Assembly: GCA_963741955.1 (NCBI GenBank)
Contig: CAVUKB010000001.1
Span: forward strand, 1-64,000
DNA: 64,000 nt
Direction: 5' to 3'
Source of the DNA: an uncultured Acidobacteriota bacterium
GTDB lineage: Bacteria; Acidobacteriota; Thermoanaerobaculia; Gp7-AA8
Made by a program: the position numbers and the translations under genes. The notes beneath the pieces are model-generated. The model had not been told where the DNA came from, did not search any database, and saw only the letters and a list, made by a program, of their open reading frames with translations. Below are positions 8,094-19,230 of the stretch, piece after piece (positions within the stretch are counted from its first letter, which is position 1; the number at the start of each line of letters is the position of its first letter).

Positions 8094-11000
8094 GCTGCAG
8101 CCGCGACGCTCTGCAGAAGGTCGCGAAGCTCTCCGACGATCTCCCGGCCGCTGGTCCGAAGCTCCAGGGTCAGCACTCCGGCGGGTGAGAAGCGGGCGAC
8201 CGGATCGCGGGAGAGGAGATCGAGGAGCCGGTTCGGATCGATCCTGGCATTCTGCCGGAATTTGACCGCGACCTTCGCTCTGTCGCGGGTGACCGAGACC
8301 ACACCCATGGTGCGGGCGAGCGTTCGGAGCCGGACGAACTCGAACAGACCCTCGATGCTCGGCGGGAGAGGGCCGAACCGATCCACCATCTCGTTGCGGA
8401 TGTCCTCGAGCCGTGAGACGTCGCGTGCCGAGGCGATCTTCTTGTAGAAGGTCATCCGGATGTTCTCGTCTCCGATGTATTCGTCGGGGATGTAGATGTC
8501 GAGGCCGAGGTTGAGCGAGGTGTCGATCTCCTCTTCGATGGGCTCGCCCTTGAGCTCCCGGACGGTCTCCTCGAGAAGGCGGGTGTACATCTCGATACCG
8601 ACTGCGGCGATCTGTCCCGACTGTTCACCGCCGAGGAGATTTCCGGCGCCGCGAATCTCGAGGTCACGCGCGGCGATGCGGAAGCCGGCTCCGAGGTCGG
8701 AGAACTCCTGAATTGCGGCGAGGCGTTTTCGCGCATCCGAGGTGAGCGCGCGCTCGGAAGGAACGACCAGATAGCAGAACGCGAGGCGGTCGCTGCGTCC
8801 GACCCGCCCTCGAAGCTGGTAGAGCTGCGAGAGACCGAAACGCTCGGCGTGGTTGATCAGGATGGTGTTGCAGGCGGGGATGTCGATCCCGTTCTCGATG
8901 ATCGTGGTGGCGAGCAGGACGTCGTATTCCCGGGCGATGAAGGCCATCATCGATTTTTCGAGCTGCTTTTCCTCCATCTGTCCATGACCGATCACCACTC
9001 TCAGCCCGGGGAGCAGCTTCTCGAGGTGCTCCTTCATGGTGTAGATCGAATCGATCCGGTTGTGCACGAAGAAGACCTGACCCCCGCGTCCCAGCTCGAA
9101 CTCCAGCGCTTCGGCGATGAGCTCGTCGTTGAACGGGACGACCGCGGTCTGGATTGCCAGCCGGTCTTTGGGCGGCGTCTCGATCACCGAGATGTCGCGG
9201 ATCCCCGCGAGCGACATGTGGAGCGTCCGAGGGATCGGCGTGGCGGACATCGAGAGGACGTCGATCGATTTCTTGTATTGCTTGAGCTTTTCCTTGTGCC
9301 GGACGCCGAAACGTTGCTCCTCGTCGATGATCAGCAAGCCCAGATCCTTGAATTCGGCGCCGCGGGAGAGGAGCCGGTGCGTGCCGATCAGGATGTCGAT
9401 CTCTCCGGTGCCGATCTTCGCTGCGATCTCCTTCGATTCTTTCGGCGAGCGGATCCGGGTGAGAAGCTCGATGGTGACCGGGAAGGAGCTGAAACGGCGG
9501 AGGAACGTGCGGTAATGCTGGTATGCGAGCACCGTAGTCGGCGCCAGTACGGCGACCTGCTTTCCGTCCATCACCGCCTTGAAGGCGGCGCGCATCGCGA
9601 CTTCCGTTTTTCCGTAGCCGACGTCGCCGCAGAGGAGGCGGTCCATCGGACGCCTCGATTCCATGTCCCGCTTGATCTCGTCGATCGCGGTGACCTGGTC
9701 TTCGGTCTCGTCGAACTCGAATGCTTCTTCGAAGTCGAACTGCCACGGGGTGTCGGAGCTGAAGGCGGTTCCAGTGATCATGCGGCGGGTGGCGTACAGC
9801 TTCAGGAGCTCGTCCGCCATGTCCCGCATCGCCCTTTTCACCGAAGCCTTGGTGCGCGCCCAGCTGGTACCGCCGAGCCGGTCGAGGCGCGGCTCGGTGT
9901 CGCCGCCTCCGGAGTACTTCTGCACGAGGTTGAGGTGCTCGACCGGGAGGAGGAGTTTTCCGTTGGAGGAGTACTCGAGCTCCATCACCTCGCGTTCGGT
10001 CACCCCGAACGGGATGCGCTGCAACCCTCTGAAGCGGCCGATTCCGTGGTCGACGTGGACGATGTAGTCGCCGACCTTCAGGTCGCGCATGTCGGTCAGG
10101 AATGCGTCGGCGCTACCTCGCTTCTTCGCGCCGACCCGGGTACTGGTCGGCGGTTCGAAGAGATCCCACTCGGAATAGAGCGCCAGTCCGGCGCTCTCGA
10201 GATCGAATCCCCGCGGAAGGTTTCCTCGTGACACGACGACGTCTTCGCCGAGTCGCTCCGCGTCATCGACGAAAGGAACGCCGAGCTCTTTGAAGAGGCG
10301 CTCGACCTTCTCCTTCCCCCCTCTGGTGGAGATGAAGACCACCGGATGGCGCCCCGAAGCTCGGTCGTCTTCGAAGGAAGCCGGAAGCTCGCTGAGACGA
10401 TTGACGAAGCTCGAGCGCTCGGGAGCGGCGATGCGGCGCTCTTCGAACTCTCCGCTCGCGACGTGCAGCCGGCTGAATCCGAGCCGCGCCCGCCCGAGGA
10501 AGTCGTGAATCAGATCGCCACCGACGAGGACGCGATCCGGGGGATAGGCGCCCCGTCCCTTTTCCGTCGCCGCTTCGTACTCCGACTGGAGAAGCGCTTC
10601 GTACTTCGCGATCGAGGATGCGATCTCTCCCGGTTCGACCACCGAGACGAGCCACTCCGAGCCGTCGCGAAGATACTCTTCGAATGACGTCGATTCGTTC
10701 ACCAGTGGGAGCCAGTTCTCCACGCCGGGGAAGGTCCCGTATTCATTGAGCCGCTCGATCTTCTCGCTCAGGTCTCGCTTGAAGTGGGGGTCATTGAAAT
10801 CGATCGACAGCTTTCGGGCGAGCGTATCGCGGGTGCGTGGAGTGAGCGGGAAATGGGAGAGTGGAAGCGCGGTCAGCCGATCGAGAGACTGGGCGGATCT
10901 TTGAGAGTCGACGTCGAAGGTTCGGATGGATTCGATCGTGTCGCCGAACAGTTCGAGCCGGACCGGAGAATCGAGGTTCGGCGGGAAGACGTCGAGAATG

Positions 11001-11563
11001 CCGCCGCGGAACGCGAATTCGCCCATCTCCCCGACCAGGTCGGTCCGGACGTACCCGTTCTCGACCATCTGCTCCAGCATCTCTCTCGGGTCGATCTCGT
11101 CTCCGGTGGAGAGCTCGAGCGTTCGCGCTGCGAGCGAAGCCGGATCCGGAAGTCGCCTGAAGAGGGCGCGCGCGGGAACCACGACGATCTCCGCCGCCCC
11201 TCGTACCAGCATGGAGAGGCTCCGGATCTCGTCCCTGGTGATGGCCAGAGAGGGCGCGACGTCCTGGTAGGGAGAAAGAGAAGGAGTGGGATACGTCGCG
11301 ATGCAGTGCTCGTCTGCGGCGAAGAGGCGAAGAGGTCCTGCGAGCTCGGCGATGTCGGCGTCACCGGGGACGACGACGAGCAGCTTCCGCCTCAGCTTCT
11401 CCTGAAGAGAGGTCAGAAGAAGCGCGCGAGCTTCCTGAGACAGACCGGTCACCTCGGTCCGTGCGGAGTCGAGCTTCGCAGAGAGAGTGGAGACCGGATC
11501 GCTCGCGGCGAGAGCGGCCCGGATCTCAGCAATCAGCGTTTCGTTGCGCGCGTCGTGCTGCAT
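8090..11563 (-). CDS. mfd: Transcription-repair coupling factor
   Basis: VHVDHGIG, DRLLCGDVGYGKTEVA, DEEQRFGV, SATPIPRTL, QLRGRVGRS, RDLEIRGAGNLLG; start uncertain. Confidence 0.96.
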   Translation of the reverse strand: MQHDARNETLIAEIRAALAASDPVSTLSAKLDSARTEVTGLSQEARALLLTSLQEKLRRKLLVVVPGDADIAELAGPLRLFAADEHCIATYPTPSLSPYQDVAPSLAITRDEIRSLSMLVRGAAEIVVVPARALFRRLPDPASLAARTLELSTGDEIDPREMLEQMVENGYVRTDLVGEMGEFAFRGGILDVFPPNLDSPVRLELFGDTIESIRTFDVDSQRSAQSLDRLTALPLSHFPLTPRTRDTLARKLSIDFNDPHFKRDLSEKIERLNEYGTFPGVENWLPLVNESTSFEEYLRDGSEWLVSVVEPGEIASSIAKYEALLQSEYEAATEKGRGAYPPDRVLVGGDLIHDFLGRARLGFSRLHVASGEFEERRIAAPERSSFVNRLSELPASFEDDRASGRHPVVFISTRGGKEKVERLFKELGVPFVDDAERLGEDVVVSRGNLPRGFDLESAGLALYSEWDLFEPPTSTRVGAKKRGSADAFLTDMRDLKVGDYIVHVDHGIGRFRGLQRIPFGVTEREVMELEYSSNGKLLLPVEHLNLVQKYSGGGDTEPRLDRLGGTSWARTKASVKRAMRDMADELLKLYATRRMITGTAFSSDTPWQFDFEEAFEFDETEDQVTAIDEIKRDMESRRPMDRLLCGDVGYGKTEVAMRAAFKAVMDGKQVAVLAPTTVLAYQHYRTFLRRFSSFPVTIELLTRIRSPKESKEIAAKIGTGEIDILIGTHRLLSRGAEFKDLGLLIIDEEQRFGVRHKEKLKQYKKSIDVLSMSATPIPRTLHMSLAGIRDISVIETPPKDRLAIQTAVVPFNDELIAEALEFELGRGGQVFFVHNRIDSIYTMKEHLEKLLPGLRVVIGHGQMEEKQLEKSMMAFIAREYDVLLATTIIENGIDIPACNTILINHAERFGLSQLYQLRGRVGRSDRLAFCYLVVPSERALTSDARKRLAAIQEFSDLGAGFRIAARDLEIRGAGNLLGGEQSGQIAAVGIEMYTRLLEETVRELKGEPIEEEIDTSLNLGLDIYIPDEYIGDENIRMTFYKKIASARDVSRLEDIRNEMVDRFGPLPPSIEGLFEFVRLRTLARTMGVVSVTRDRAKVAVKFRQNARIDPNRLLDLLSRDPVARFSPAGVLTLELRTSGREIVGELRDLLQSVAAAA

Positions 11564-11717
11564 TTCGTGAGTTGCAGGCCGGGGCGAGAGTCGGACCTGT
11601 CGTTTCGCAGAGACGACAACGGCGGCGATGCCATCGGCCATTCCGCGGCAGACGCGGCGTCGGGTTCGCCCCTCGGAGAAGTGGAATCCGCCGCGGATTC
11701 ATCATCGGGCTGCGACG

Positions 11718-13124
11718 CTATTGAACGAAGTAGCCTCGAATGGTCCGCGCAGTGAGCCTGGGCGAGGGGAGAGTCACCCGGACCGGCCGCCACTCGTTCT
11801 CCTTCGATTCGCTCGCGACCTGATAGCGGATGGCGTACTGCGAGCGAAGATCCTTCTCGATGCTGGCATACCGCTGCTCGAGGTTCGAGGTGTACGCGCG
11901 GGCCATGAATGCGCCCGTATCCTCGGAGAGGATCTTCAGTCGATCGATGGGCTGATTCGTATCGTCGTCACCGAAAGCGATCGAGTAGATCGGGATGGCC
12001 GTCGTGCGGACCTTCTTCGCCACCTCGTCGAACGTGGCGAAAGAAGAGTTGTCGTCGCCGTCCGAGAGGAGGACGATGGCGCGACGATTCTTTTCGTTTT
12101 CCAGCTCTCGGATCGCAGCCTCGATCCCGTCATAGAGCGCAGTCTTGCCGTCGGCGCGGAGGTTCTGGAGTTTCGATCTCGCCAGGGCGAGGTCGCTGGT
12201 GAGGGGAAGCTCACGGGTTGCAGCGGAGCGGATCGCGAAGATCGAGACCCGGTCGCCGGGACGGAGAATGCGGTCCATGAATTTTCCCGCCGCTTCTTTT
12301 ACCTTCGGCATCTGATAGGTCATGCTCGCCGACGCATCGATCACCAGCGCAATGGAGATCGGTTCGTCGAACGCTTTGCCGAATTCGAGGATCCGTCCCC
12401 GCTCGTCGCCGTCGAAGATCTTGAAATCGGATGCGTTGAGGTCCGATCGGACCTTCCCGTGTTCGTCGACGACCGAGACGTAGAGCGGAACGGTCCGGAC
12501 GTCGAGAGACGAGACCATCACGTTGCCCGCAGTGCTGAAGTAGGCGCTCTGCTCGATTCCCGAACGTGTCGTCGCGGTCGCCTGGAGCACTGGCCCGAGC
12601 TGCGGGGGAGCCGGAATCCGCCACGGACCGGCTGTGAGCTGGGCGAGCTTCTGCTGGTCGTTGAAGAAGGCGACGGAAACGACCGGATCGCTCTCGGGAG
12701 CAGTGAATTCAGCCTCGAACCAGAGGTCGTTCCCGATGTGCAGCGGTTGAATGGAAAGACTCAGGCCTCTGTTGCCGCGATTGATGGTCTCGGTCCAGGT
12801 CGAACGGCGGCCGTTTTCCGGGTTCGTGATCACGATCTGAATCTGGTGCTGGATCGGACGCGGTCCGAAGTCGACGTCGACCGCATAGGGGGCACCGCCG
12901 CGGGTGGCGATGCGCTGCCCGTCGACGAAGAATGTGATGCGGGCAGCTTCGAACGGAGGATCGACGTTGATCTGGGTCGGACCGGAGATACCACTGAACG
13001 CCTCATGGTTTCCGATCGAGAGGTTCAGCCTGTGAGTCGCGGCTCCGGCCAATACCGGAAAGGCGAGGAGGGCGATTACCGGGATGAGCCGGATTGCGAG
13101 CTGTCTGACGTTTCTGCCTGCCAT
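11718..13124 (-). CDS. Exported VWA-domain protein with N-terminal Ig-like repeats
   Basis: Signal peptide; MIDAS DASASM, TALYD, LLSDGDD; LRSQYAIRY and WRPVRV tail as in acidobacterial VWA proteins. Confidence 0.82.
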   Translation of the reverse strand: MAGRNVRQLAIRLIPVIALLAFPVLAGAATHRLNLSIGNHEAFSGISGPTQINVDPPFEAARITFFVDGQRIATRGGAPYAVDVDFGPRPIQHQIQIVITNPENGRRSTWTETINRGNRGLSLSIQPLHIGNDLWFEAEFTAPESDPVVSVAFFNDQQKLAQLTAGPWRIPAPPQLGPVLQATATTRSGIEQSAYFSTAGNVMVSSLDVRTVPLYVSVVDEHGKVRSDLNASDFKIFDGDERGRILEFGKAFDEPISIALVIDASASMTYQMPKVKEAAGKFMDRILRPGDRVSIFAIRSAATRELPLTSDLALARSKLQNLRADGKTALYDGIEAAIRELENEKNRRAIVLLSDGDDNSSFATFDEVAKKVRTTAIPIYSIAFGDDDTNQPIDRLKILSEDTGAFMARAYTSNLEQRYASIEKDLRSQYAIRYQVASESKENEWRPVRVTLPSPRLTARTIRGYFVQ

Positions 13125-15316
13125 ATTTGCCTCGGAGTTGCCTGATCCGGATCGTAGATTCGTCGGTACTCGTAGCGGTTGCGGGTGACGGTCTTGACGT
13201 ACAGCCGCGTCTCCGCGTACGGAATCGATTCGATAAAAAGATCAAGGTCTCCGAGAGGCGTTTGTGCAAGCCAACGGCCAACCGCCGATTCCCCGGCGTT
13301 GTAGGCCGCGATGGCGAGAATCACGTCACCGTTCATCGCGGTACGCTTCTGCGCGAATTCGGCGGTGCCGAGTCTGATGTTCGTGGCGGGATCGAAGAGC
13401 TGTTCGCGATCGACCGAAGTGGGAAGCCCGGCTCTGGAGGCGATCGATCGGGCCTCCTGGGGCATGAGCTGCATCAGTCCGACCGCTCCGGCGTTGGAGA
13501 CGATCGACGGCTCGAAGCCGCTTTCCTGGCGGATGATGGCAGTGACCAGATATGGGTCGATTCCCTGACGCTGCGCCGCGCTCTCGATGTCCTGCCAGTA
13601 CGAGCGGGGGTAGAGAATCTGCCAGAACTGATCCGGTACACCACTCGCGCCGTGACGGATCACGTCGCGGAACTTCCGCTGAAGAATCGCGTTCGCGCGC
13701 AACGGCTCGCCGGCGCGTACGTAGAGACGTGCGAGTGCGTAGGAGAGGCCGAGATCGTCGGGGCGGCTCTCGACGAGCTGCCGCATCTCGATCGCCGCTT
13801 CCTTCTCCAGTCCGATCGTTTCGAGCTCGCCGATCAGCGCGAGCCGCGGGTCATCCGGCGGCAGCTGCATCGCGATCGAAGGGAACGGCTCACTCGACGC
13901 GGCGTCGGGAAAGGCGGCCGGATCCACCCCGAGGATCTCTTTGGCCCGATACGCGTAGTAACTGTAGGGGACGAGATCGATCAGCTTCCGGAGTCGCGTG
14001 TCGGCTTCCTCGATCCTGCCGCAGCGACGAAGGACCTTCGCGCTCCAGAAGAGGGAGTTCGACGTGTAGTCGGCGTCGGGGTAACGGCGGAGGTAGAGAT
14101 CGAACGTCGCGAGAGCCTGGTCGTCCATTCCCGCGAGGGTGTACACCCAGCCGAGAGTCCAGATGTTCTCGCCGTCGGTCCCGGGATGCCCGCTGTCGAT
14201 GACCTGACGGAGGAGGGAGATCGACTTCGGATAGTCGATCTCGTCGGTCACGTAGTACTTGGCGAGAAGCAGCTTCGCGCGTGGCGCCTGGTCGGATTTC
14301 GGGTACTGCGCGAGGATCCGGTTCAGGATGTGGACGAACTCCTCGGGCCCCCCGCTTCGCCACCAGGCGTGCGCGCGATAAATCTCGAGAGAGACATAGT
14401 AGGGCTGCGACGGGTCGAGCGTCGCCGCGCGTACCGTCTCGTAGTGGCGGGAGTGAAAGAGCGACGTGATGCGCTCGTAGCGGAAGGTGGCATCATCGCT
14501 CCGTTCGGGAAAGCGGGAGCGAATCCGGTCGAGAAGCGCGAGCGCCTGATCGTAGCGGTTGAAGCGACCGAGCCGGTCAGCGAGATCGAGACTCTCCTTG
14601 TAATCGAGCCGGTCGAGAGGATCGAGAGGAGAGTCGGAAAGCTCGCGATATACCTTTTCGACGGTGCGCCCCTGCGGGTATTCACGGAGAATCCTCATTC
14701 GAAGAGCGTCCGCTTCCGCGATGAGTCCTGCGTTCTGCAGGGCCACGGCGGTCGAATCGAACTCCGGTTCGACGAACGGTCCGATCTCGACCGACGCAAC
14801 CGCCCCGAGCGCGCGAACCGCGTCCTGCGGGCGTCCGGCTGCCGCTTCCAGAGCGGGAAGTTCGACCTTCGCGAGACGGGCTGCCGAAGATTCGGGCGCC
14901 TCGCGCACCAGCGCCGCAGCAGTCCGTGCCGCTCCGGCGTACCGGCCGGTCTGGCGGAGTGCCTCTACCATCTTCCACTGAAGGAACGGCTTCAGCTCGG
15001 GGTAGTGGCGAATCGCGGGCCGCAGGAATCGAAGCGCGTCGTCCGGGCGATGCCGATCGAGGTTGTAGATGCCGAGCATCGCCAGAGCGCGCTTCTGCTC
15101 GTCCGGAGAGCCGTTCTCCACGATCCGAAGAAGTCCGGCCTCGAAGAGGTCGGCACGTCCCTGACGTTTTGCATCGAGACAGGCCTGGACGGTCGAGGGG
15201 AGCTCGATTTCCGGGGACGCGAGCGGCTCGGGCGATTGCGATTGCGGCGCACGACCACAGGAGATCAATGGAATGAGCGCTGCCACTGCGAGAGCTGTCG
15301 CCGTACGCCAGGTCAC
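13076..15316 (-). CDS. TPR-containing soluble lytic transglycosylase, probable lipoprotein
   Basis: AIIRQESGF, GAVGLMQLMP, AAYNAG, ETRLYVK; LISC lipobox. Confidence 0.9.
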   Translation of the reverse strand: MTWRTATALAVAALIPLISCGRAPQSQSPEPLASPEIELPSTVQACLDAKRQGRADLFEAGLLRIVENGSPDEQKRALAMLGIYNLDRHRPDDALRFLRPAIRHYPELKPFLQWKMVEALRQTGRYAGAARTAAALVREAPESSAARLAKVELPALEAAAGRPQDAVRALGAVASVEIGPFVEPEFDSTAVALQNAGLIAEADALRMRILREYPQGRTVEKVYRELSDSPLDPLDRLDYKESLDLADRLGRFNRYDQALALLDRIRSRFPERSDDATFRYERITSLFHSRHYETVRAATLDPSQPYYVSLEIYRAHAWWRSGGPEEFVHILNRILAQYPKSDQAPRAKLLLAKYYVTDEIDYPKSISLLRQVIDSGHPGTDGENIWTLGWVYTLAGMDDQALATFDLYLRRYPDADYTSNSLFWSAKVLRRCGRIEEADTRLRKLIDLVPYSYYAYRAKEILGVDPAAFPDAASSEPFPSIAMQLPPDDPRLALIGELETIGLEKEAAIEMRQLVESRPDDLGLSYALARLYVRAGEPLRANAILQRKFRDVIRHGASGVPDQFWQILYPRSYWQDIESAAQRQGIDPYLVTAIIRQESGFEPSIVSNAGAVGLMQLMPQEARSIASRAGLPTSVDREQLFDPATNIRLGTAEFAQKRTAMNGDVILAIAAYNAGESAVGRWLAQTPLGDLDLFIESIPYAETRLYVKTVTRNRYEYRRIYDPDQATPRQIWQAETSDSSQSGSSR

Positions 15317-15693
15317 GTTCTTGATGTGCCTCCCTCTGAGATCAGCAACGCTCCGTCGGCGTCGCGGAATCCCGCATTCCGAAAAAAGCGGTCCGTCTTG
15401 TCGTCTCTGCGAACTGCGAGCCCGCCCGGCGTGAGAAGCAGAAGCTCGCGCAGCAGTGTCCGGCCGATGTGCTTCCGTCGCAGGCGCGGAGCGACGAGGA
15501 ACAGCTCGATCAGAGCGCCCGGAGGGACGGGGCGGGTGAGCACTACTGCGACGGGATCCCCGAGAAGTTTGGCGACGAGCCCCTCGGATGGAGCATCCTT
15601 CGGGAGCGCGACGCCGGCCTGGTCGAGTATTTCCCGGACCACCGGCAGATCGCTGGTAGTGAGAGGGCGGACAAAGAGTCGCAGGCCTTTCAT
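15313..15693 (-). CDS. GNAT-family acetyltransferase
   Basis: LVAPRLRRKHIGRTLL motif A, FFRNAGF. Confidence 0.7.
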   Translation of the reverse strand: MKGLRLFVRPLTTSDLPVVREILDQAGVALPKDAPSEGLVAKLLGDPVAVVLTRPVPPGALIELFLVAPRLRRKHIGRTLLRELLLLTPGGLAVRRDDKTDRFFRNAGFRDADGALLISEGGTSRT

Positions 15694-15777
15694 GCCCGCT
15701 CTGGTCCTTGAATTTTCATCGGAGATGCCGTGAGTCGTGTTATAACAGCAAATATCCTGAACTTATTTTATCCCATC

Positions 15778-15806
15778 TTGACAAAGGATGATGGAGTGGA
15801 TAAGTT
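15778..15806 (+). promoter_or_regulatory. Putative sigma70 promoter of recombinase
   Basis: TTGACA-17 nt-TAAGTT in an AT-rich patch. Confidence 0.55.
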
Positions 15807-15846
15807 CGCACGATCCCCGGTTCACTTCAAAAAGATCACGAGAGGC

Positions 15847-16839
15847 ATGGACGTTCAAGAGGCAATCGCCGACTTTCTCAGACACGGCCGGGACGTGAGG
15901 AACCTGTCGGACCGGACGATCCGTGCCTACGAATCCGACCTGATGCAGTTCTCCACCCGGGTGGAGCAGGCGCAGGCGGTCTCGATCAGTCCGAGTGATC
16001 TCGAGGGATATATCGAGGAGCTCGGTGACGGCCCCTACCGGGACACTTCGATACGGCGCAAGATCGCCGCGCTCAAGGTGTTCTTCCGCTACCTCGAGGA
16101 CGAGGGCATCGTGGAAGAGTCTCCTGCGCGCCGGCTCAGGATCCGCCAGCCGATCGAGGCGCGGGTCCCGAATGTGTTGTCGATCAAAGAGGTCAAGAGC
16201 CTCCTTTCCGCGCCGAAACGCCAGATCGAGCAACTGCGAAGCGATCGGGAGCGCTCGCCGGGAGCCCGGAACCGCTTCTTCTGCGCGGTACGGGACAACG
16301 TCATCATCGAGATTCTGTTCTCGACCGGGATCCGGATCGGCGAGCTCGTCGCGCTGGACGTCGAGGATTTCGACCTGAAGGAACGGACGCTGACGGTGAA
16401 GGGGCGAGGGACGCGAGGAAGATCGATCGCCGTCCTCTCGGAGATCGTCATCGGCGCTCTCTCGGACTACCTCACGCTGCGGAGCGAGCGCAGCGTGCAG
16501 TCGGACGCGCTGTTTGTCGGACGCTCCGGAACGCGGCTCACCATCTACTCCATCGAGAACATCTTCAAGAAACACGTGAAGGGAGCCGAGATCCGCCGGC
16601 ACGTCACGCCTCACGCTCTCCGTCACACCATGGCTTCGATGATGGTCAACAGCGGAGCGGATCTCCGCGCGGTGCAGGAGATGCTGGGACACGCCTCGAT
16701 CCTCTCGACCCAGGTCTACACGAAACTCCACATCGCGCGGCCGCGGCGTTCGGGGAACAGCGTGATGAACCATCGCGACCGGATCGTTCTCGACGCTCCC
16801 GCCGCCCGCCTGAACATTCGTAAGAAGGAAAAGAAGTAA
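15847..16839 (+). CDS. XerC/XerD-like tyrosine recombinase
   Basis: N-terminal SAM-like domain; STGIRIGEL, VKGRG, HALRH, LGHA, TQVYT give the full R-K-H-R-H-Y set. Confidence 0.9.
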   Translation: MDVQEAIADFLRHGRDVRNLSDRTIRAYESDLMQFSTRVEQAQAVSISPSDLEGYIEELGDGPYRDTSIRRKIAALKVFFRYLEDEGIVEESPARRLRIRQPIEARVPNVLSIKEVKSLLSAPKRQIEQLRSDRERSPGARNRFFCAVRDNVIIEILFSTGIRIGELVALDVEDFDLKERTLTVKGRGTRGRSIAVLSEIVIGALSDYLTLRSERSVQSDALFVGRSGTRLTIYSIENIFKKHVKGAEIRRHVTPHALRHTMASMMVNSGADLRAVQEMLGHASILSTQVYTKLHIARPRRSGNSVMNHRDRIVLDAPAARLNIRKKEKK

Positions 16840-16906
16840 GCTCTCCCTCGAACAGGGAACTATTCGTTACCGAAGCCGGTGTTGTACAATGCGCCTCTCG
16901 GCGTGG

Positions 16907-16982
16907 GCGGGCATAGCTCAGCTGGTAGAGTACGAGCTTCCCAAGCTCGGTGTCGCGGGTTCGAGTCCCGTTGCCCGCTCCA
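16907..16982 (+). tRNA. tRNA-Gly(CCC)
   Basis: 76-nt cloverleaf, anticodon loop TTCCCAA, GTTCGAG T-loop, CCA end. Confidence 0.96.
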
Positions 16983-17218
16983 CTTTCTCCCTTTCAGCTC
17001 GATCTCGCGTGACCACGCCCGAACGGAAAGCGACGGCTGACGACTCTCCCGAGGGGATACGGATCTGATATCCTAGTGGAGCGTTTCACGACTCCTATGA
17101 AGAGGGTGGGAGTCGAGACCGCAAGGCGCGACGACGACGCCGTTCGGCGGCCACCGGTTGCGCCGATCAGTTCCAGCGACGGGCCGCACTCACTCCGACT
17201 GAACTTCCGAGGTCAATT

Positions 17219-17623
17219 ATGGCTATTTTTTCGAAAGAAACCGCTGTTGAAAAGCCTCCTGCGGCGGCAGGGGACACGACTCCGCAGGTTCCCGGCGCTC
17301 CCTCATTCCTCGGGCCAGGGGTGGTGTTCGAGGGCACTCTGAGCGGCGCGGAGAACGTGGCGGTCGAAGGGCGTTTCAGCGGCCGGATCGATCTGAAGAG
17401 CGGGCTTCGGATCGGTTCGCACGCACGGGTCGAAGCGGACATCCATGCCCGGACCATTCTGATCGAGGGAACGGTGGTCGGAGAGGTCGCTGCGGATGAG
17501 AAGGTCGAGCTGGTGACGAGTGCGAACGTCGACGGCAACATCAAAGCACCGAAGATCGTCGTCGCCGAAGGCGCTCGTTTTCGCGGCGCCGTGGACATGG
17601 GAACTTCCCGGCCCAAAGAGTGA
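17219..17623 (+). CDS. Bactofilin (polymer-forming cytoskeletal protein)
   Basis: Beta-helix repeats [35 protein letters not shown]. Confidence 0.88.
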   Translation: MAIFSKETAVEKPPAAAGDTTPQVPGAPSFLGPGVVFEGTLSGAENVAVEGRFSGRIDLKSGLRIGSHARVEADIHARTILIEGTVVGEVAADEKVELVTSANVDGNIKAPKIVVAEGARFRGAVDMGTSRPKE

Positions 17624-17649
17624 CACACCACAAATCAAAGGAGCTGTCC

Positions 17650-19206
17650 ATGCCTGCAACTGCAGAAAAGAAGAGCGATAAATCCATTCACGAGACGCTG
17701 CGCGAAACGCGCGCGTACTCGAACTTCATCGACGGCAAGTGGGTCCCGTCGCATACCGGGAAGACGTTCGAGAACCGGAACCCTGCGAACACGGACGATC
17801 TGATCGGCACGTTCCAGAATTCCGATGCCGACGACGTGAACCGCGCAGTCGAAGCGGCGCATCGCGCGTTCCTGAAGTGGCGTCTCGTCCCTGCGCCTCG
17901 CCGCGGCGAGTACCTCTACAAAGTCGCGCAGCTGCTCCAGCGCGACAAGGAAAAGATCGCACGCGAGATGACGCGCGAGATGGGAAAAGTGCTCACCGAG
18001 ACGCGCGGCGACGTGCAGGAAGCGATCGATCTCGCCTATCTGATGGCGGGTGAGGGCCGCCGCCTGTTCGGGGTGACCACGCCTTCGGAGCTCGCGAACA
18101 AGTTCAACATGGCGGTTCGGATGCCGCTCGGCGTCGCCGGGCTGGTCACTCCCTGGAATTTCCCGATCGCGATCCCGGCCTGGAAGACCATGCCCGCGCT
18201 CGTCGCCGGAAACACCGTGGTCATCAAGCCGGCTTCCTTCACTCCGCTCTCGGTGGTGATGCTCGCCGAGGTGATGGAAGAGGCGGGCCTCCCACCCGGC
18301 GTGTTCAACGTGGTGACCGGGAGTGGTGGTGCGGTCGGCGATCCGCTGGTCCAGCACGAGAAAGTGAAGGTCGTTTCATTCACCGGTTCGACCGACGTCG
18401 GCCGGCAGCTCTCGATCGCCTGCGCTCCGACGTTCAAGCGTCTGCACCTCGAGATGGGTGGCAAGAACGTGATCATGGTGATGGACGACGCGGACATCGA
18501 CCTCGCCGTCGACGGCTCTCTCTGGGGAGCTTTCGGAACCGCCGGACAGCGCTGCACCGCGGCTTCGCGGCTCGTGGTGCACGAGAAGGTCTACGATCAA
18601 TTCGTGGAGAAGCTCGCCGGGCGGACGTCGAAACTGCGCGTCGGCAACGGACTGGACGAGAAGACCGACATGGGTCCGACCGTTTCCGCCGGTCAGATCA
18701 AGACGGTCGGGAGCTACGTGAAGATCGGAAAGGACGAAGGGGCGCGCCTCGTCACCGGAGGCGAAGTCCTCGACGGAAAGGGTGAGGTCGACTATTCGCG
18801 CGGCCACTACTTCCAGCCGACGGTCTTCGCCGACGTGACCCCGAACATGCGCATCGCTCAGGAGGAGATCTTCGGACCGGTGACCGCGGTCATCAAGTGC
18901 AAGTCGCTGGAAGAGGCGATCGAGATCGGCAACGGAGTCCGGTACGGCCTCTCCTCCTCGATCTACACCCGCGACGTTCACAATGCATTCGTGGCCATGC
19001 GCGAGATGTACACCGGCATCTTCTACGTCAACGCACCCACCATCGGAGCGGAGACCCATCTGCCATTCGGTGGAACCAAGGAGACCGGCAACGGTCACCG
19101 CGAAGCCGGCGTCGCCGGGATCGACGTCTTCACGGAGTGGAAGTCGATCTACGTCGATTACTCCGGCTCGCTCCAGCGGGCGCAGATCGATACGGAAGAG
19201 ATCTGA
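17650..19206 (+). CDS. Aldehyde dehydrogenase family protein
   Basis: [34 protein letters not shown]. Confidence 0.93.
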   Translation: MPATAEKKSDKSIHETLRETRAYSNFIDGKWVPSHTGKTFENRNPANTDDLIGTFQNSDADDVNRAVEAAHRAFLKWRLVPAPRRGEYLYKVAQLLQRDKEKIAREMTREMGKVLTETRGDVQEAIDLAYLMAGEGRRLFGVTTPSELANKFNMAVRMPLGVAGLVTPWNFPIAIPAWKTMPALVAGNTVVIKPASFTPLSVVMLAEVMEEAGLPPGVFNVVTGSGGAVGDPLVQHEKVKVVSFTGSTDVGRQLSIACAPTFKRLHLEMGGKNVIMVMDDADIDLAVDGSLWGAFGTAGQRCTAASRLVVHEKVYDQFVEKLAGRTSKLRVGNGLDEKTDMGPTVSAGQIKTVGSYVKIGKDEGARLVTGGEVLDGKGEVDYSRGHYFQPTVFADVTPNMRIAQEEIFGPVTAVIKCKSLEEAIEIGNGVRYGLSSSIYTRDVHNAFVAMREMYTGIFYVNAPTIGAETHLPFGGTKETGNGHREAGVAGIDVFTEWKSIYVDYSGSLQRAQIDTEEI

Positions 19207-19230
19207 GATCCGGAAGAGATCGGAAACGGG

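Noticed and set aside
13127-15733. 868-aa plus-strand ORF and similar long antisense ORFs (11628-13145, 27815-29428, 40386-42302, 43471-45171)
   Set aside because: Shadow frames opposite well-supported genes in GC-rich DNA; no recognisable motifs
15735-15775. dif site next to the Xer-like gene
   Set aside because: The best alignment lacks the conserved XerD arm TTATGTTAAAT
16907-17100. Genomic island integrated at tRNA-Gly
   Set aside because: No duplicated tRNA 3' end was seen and downstream genes are ordinary chromosomal functions
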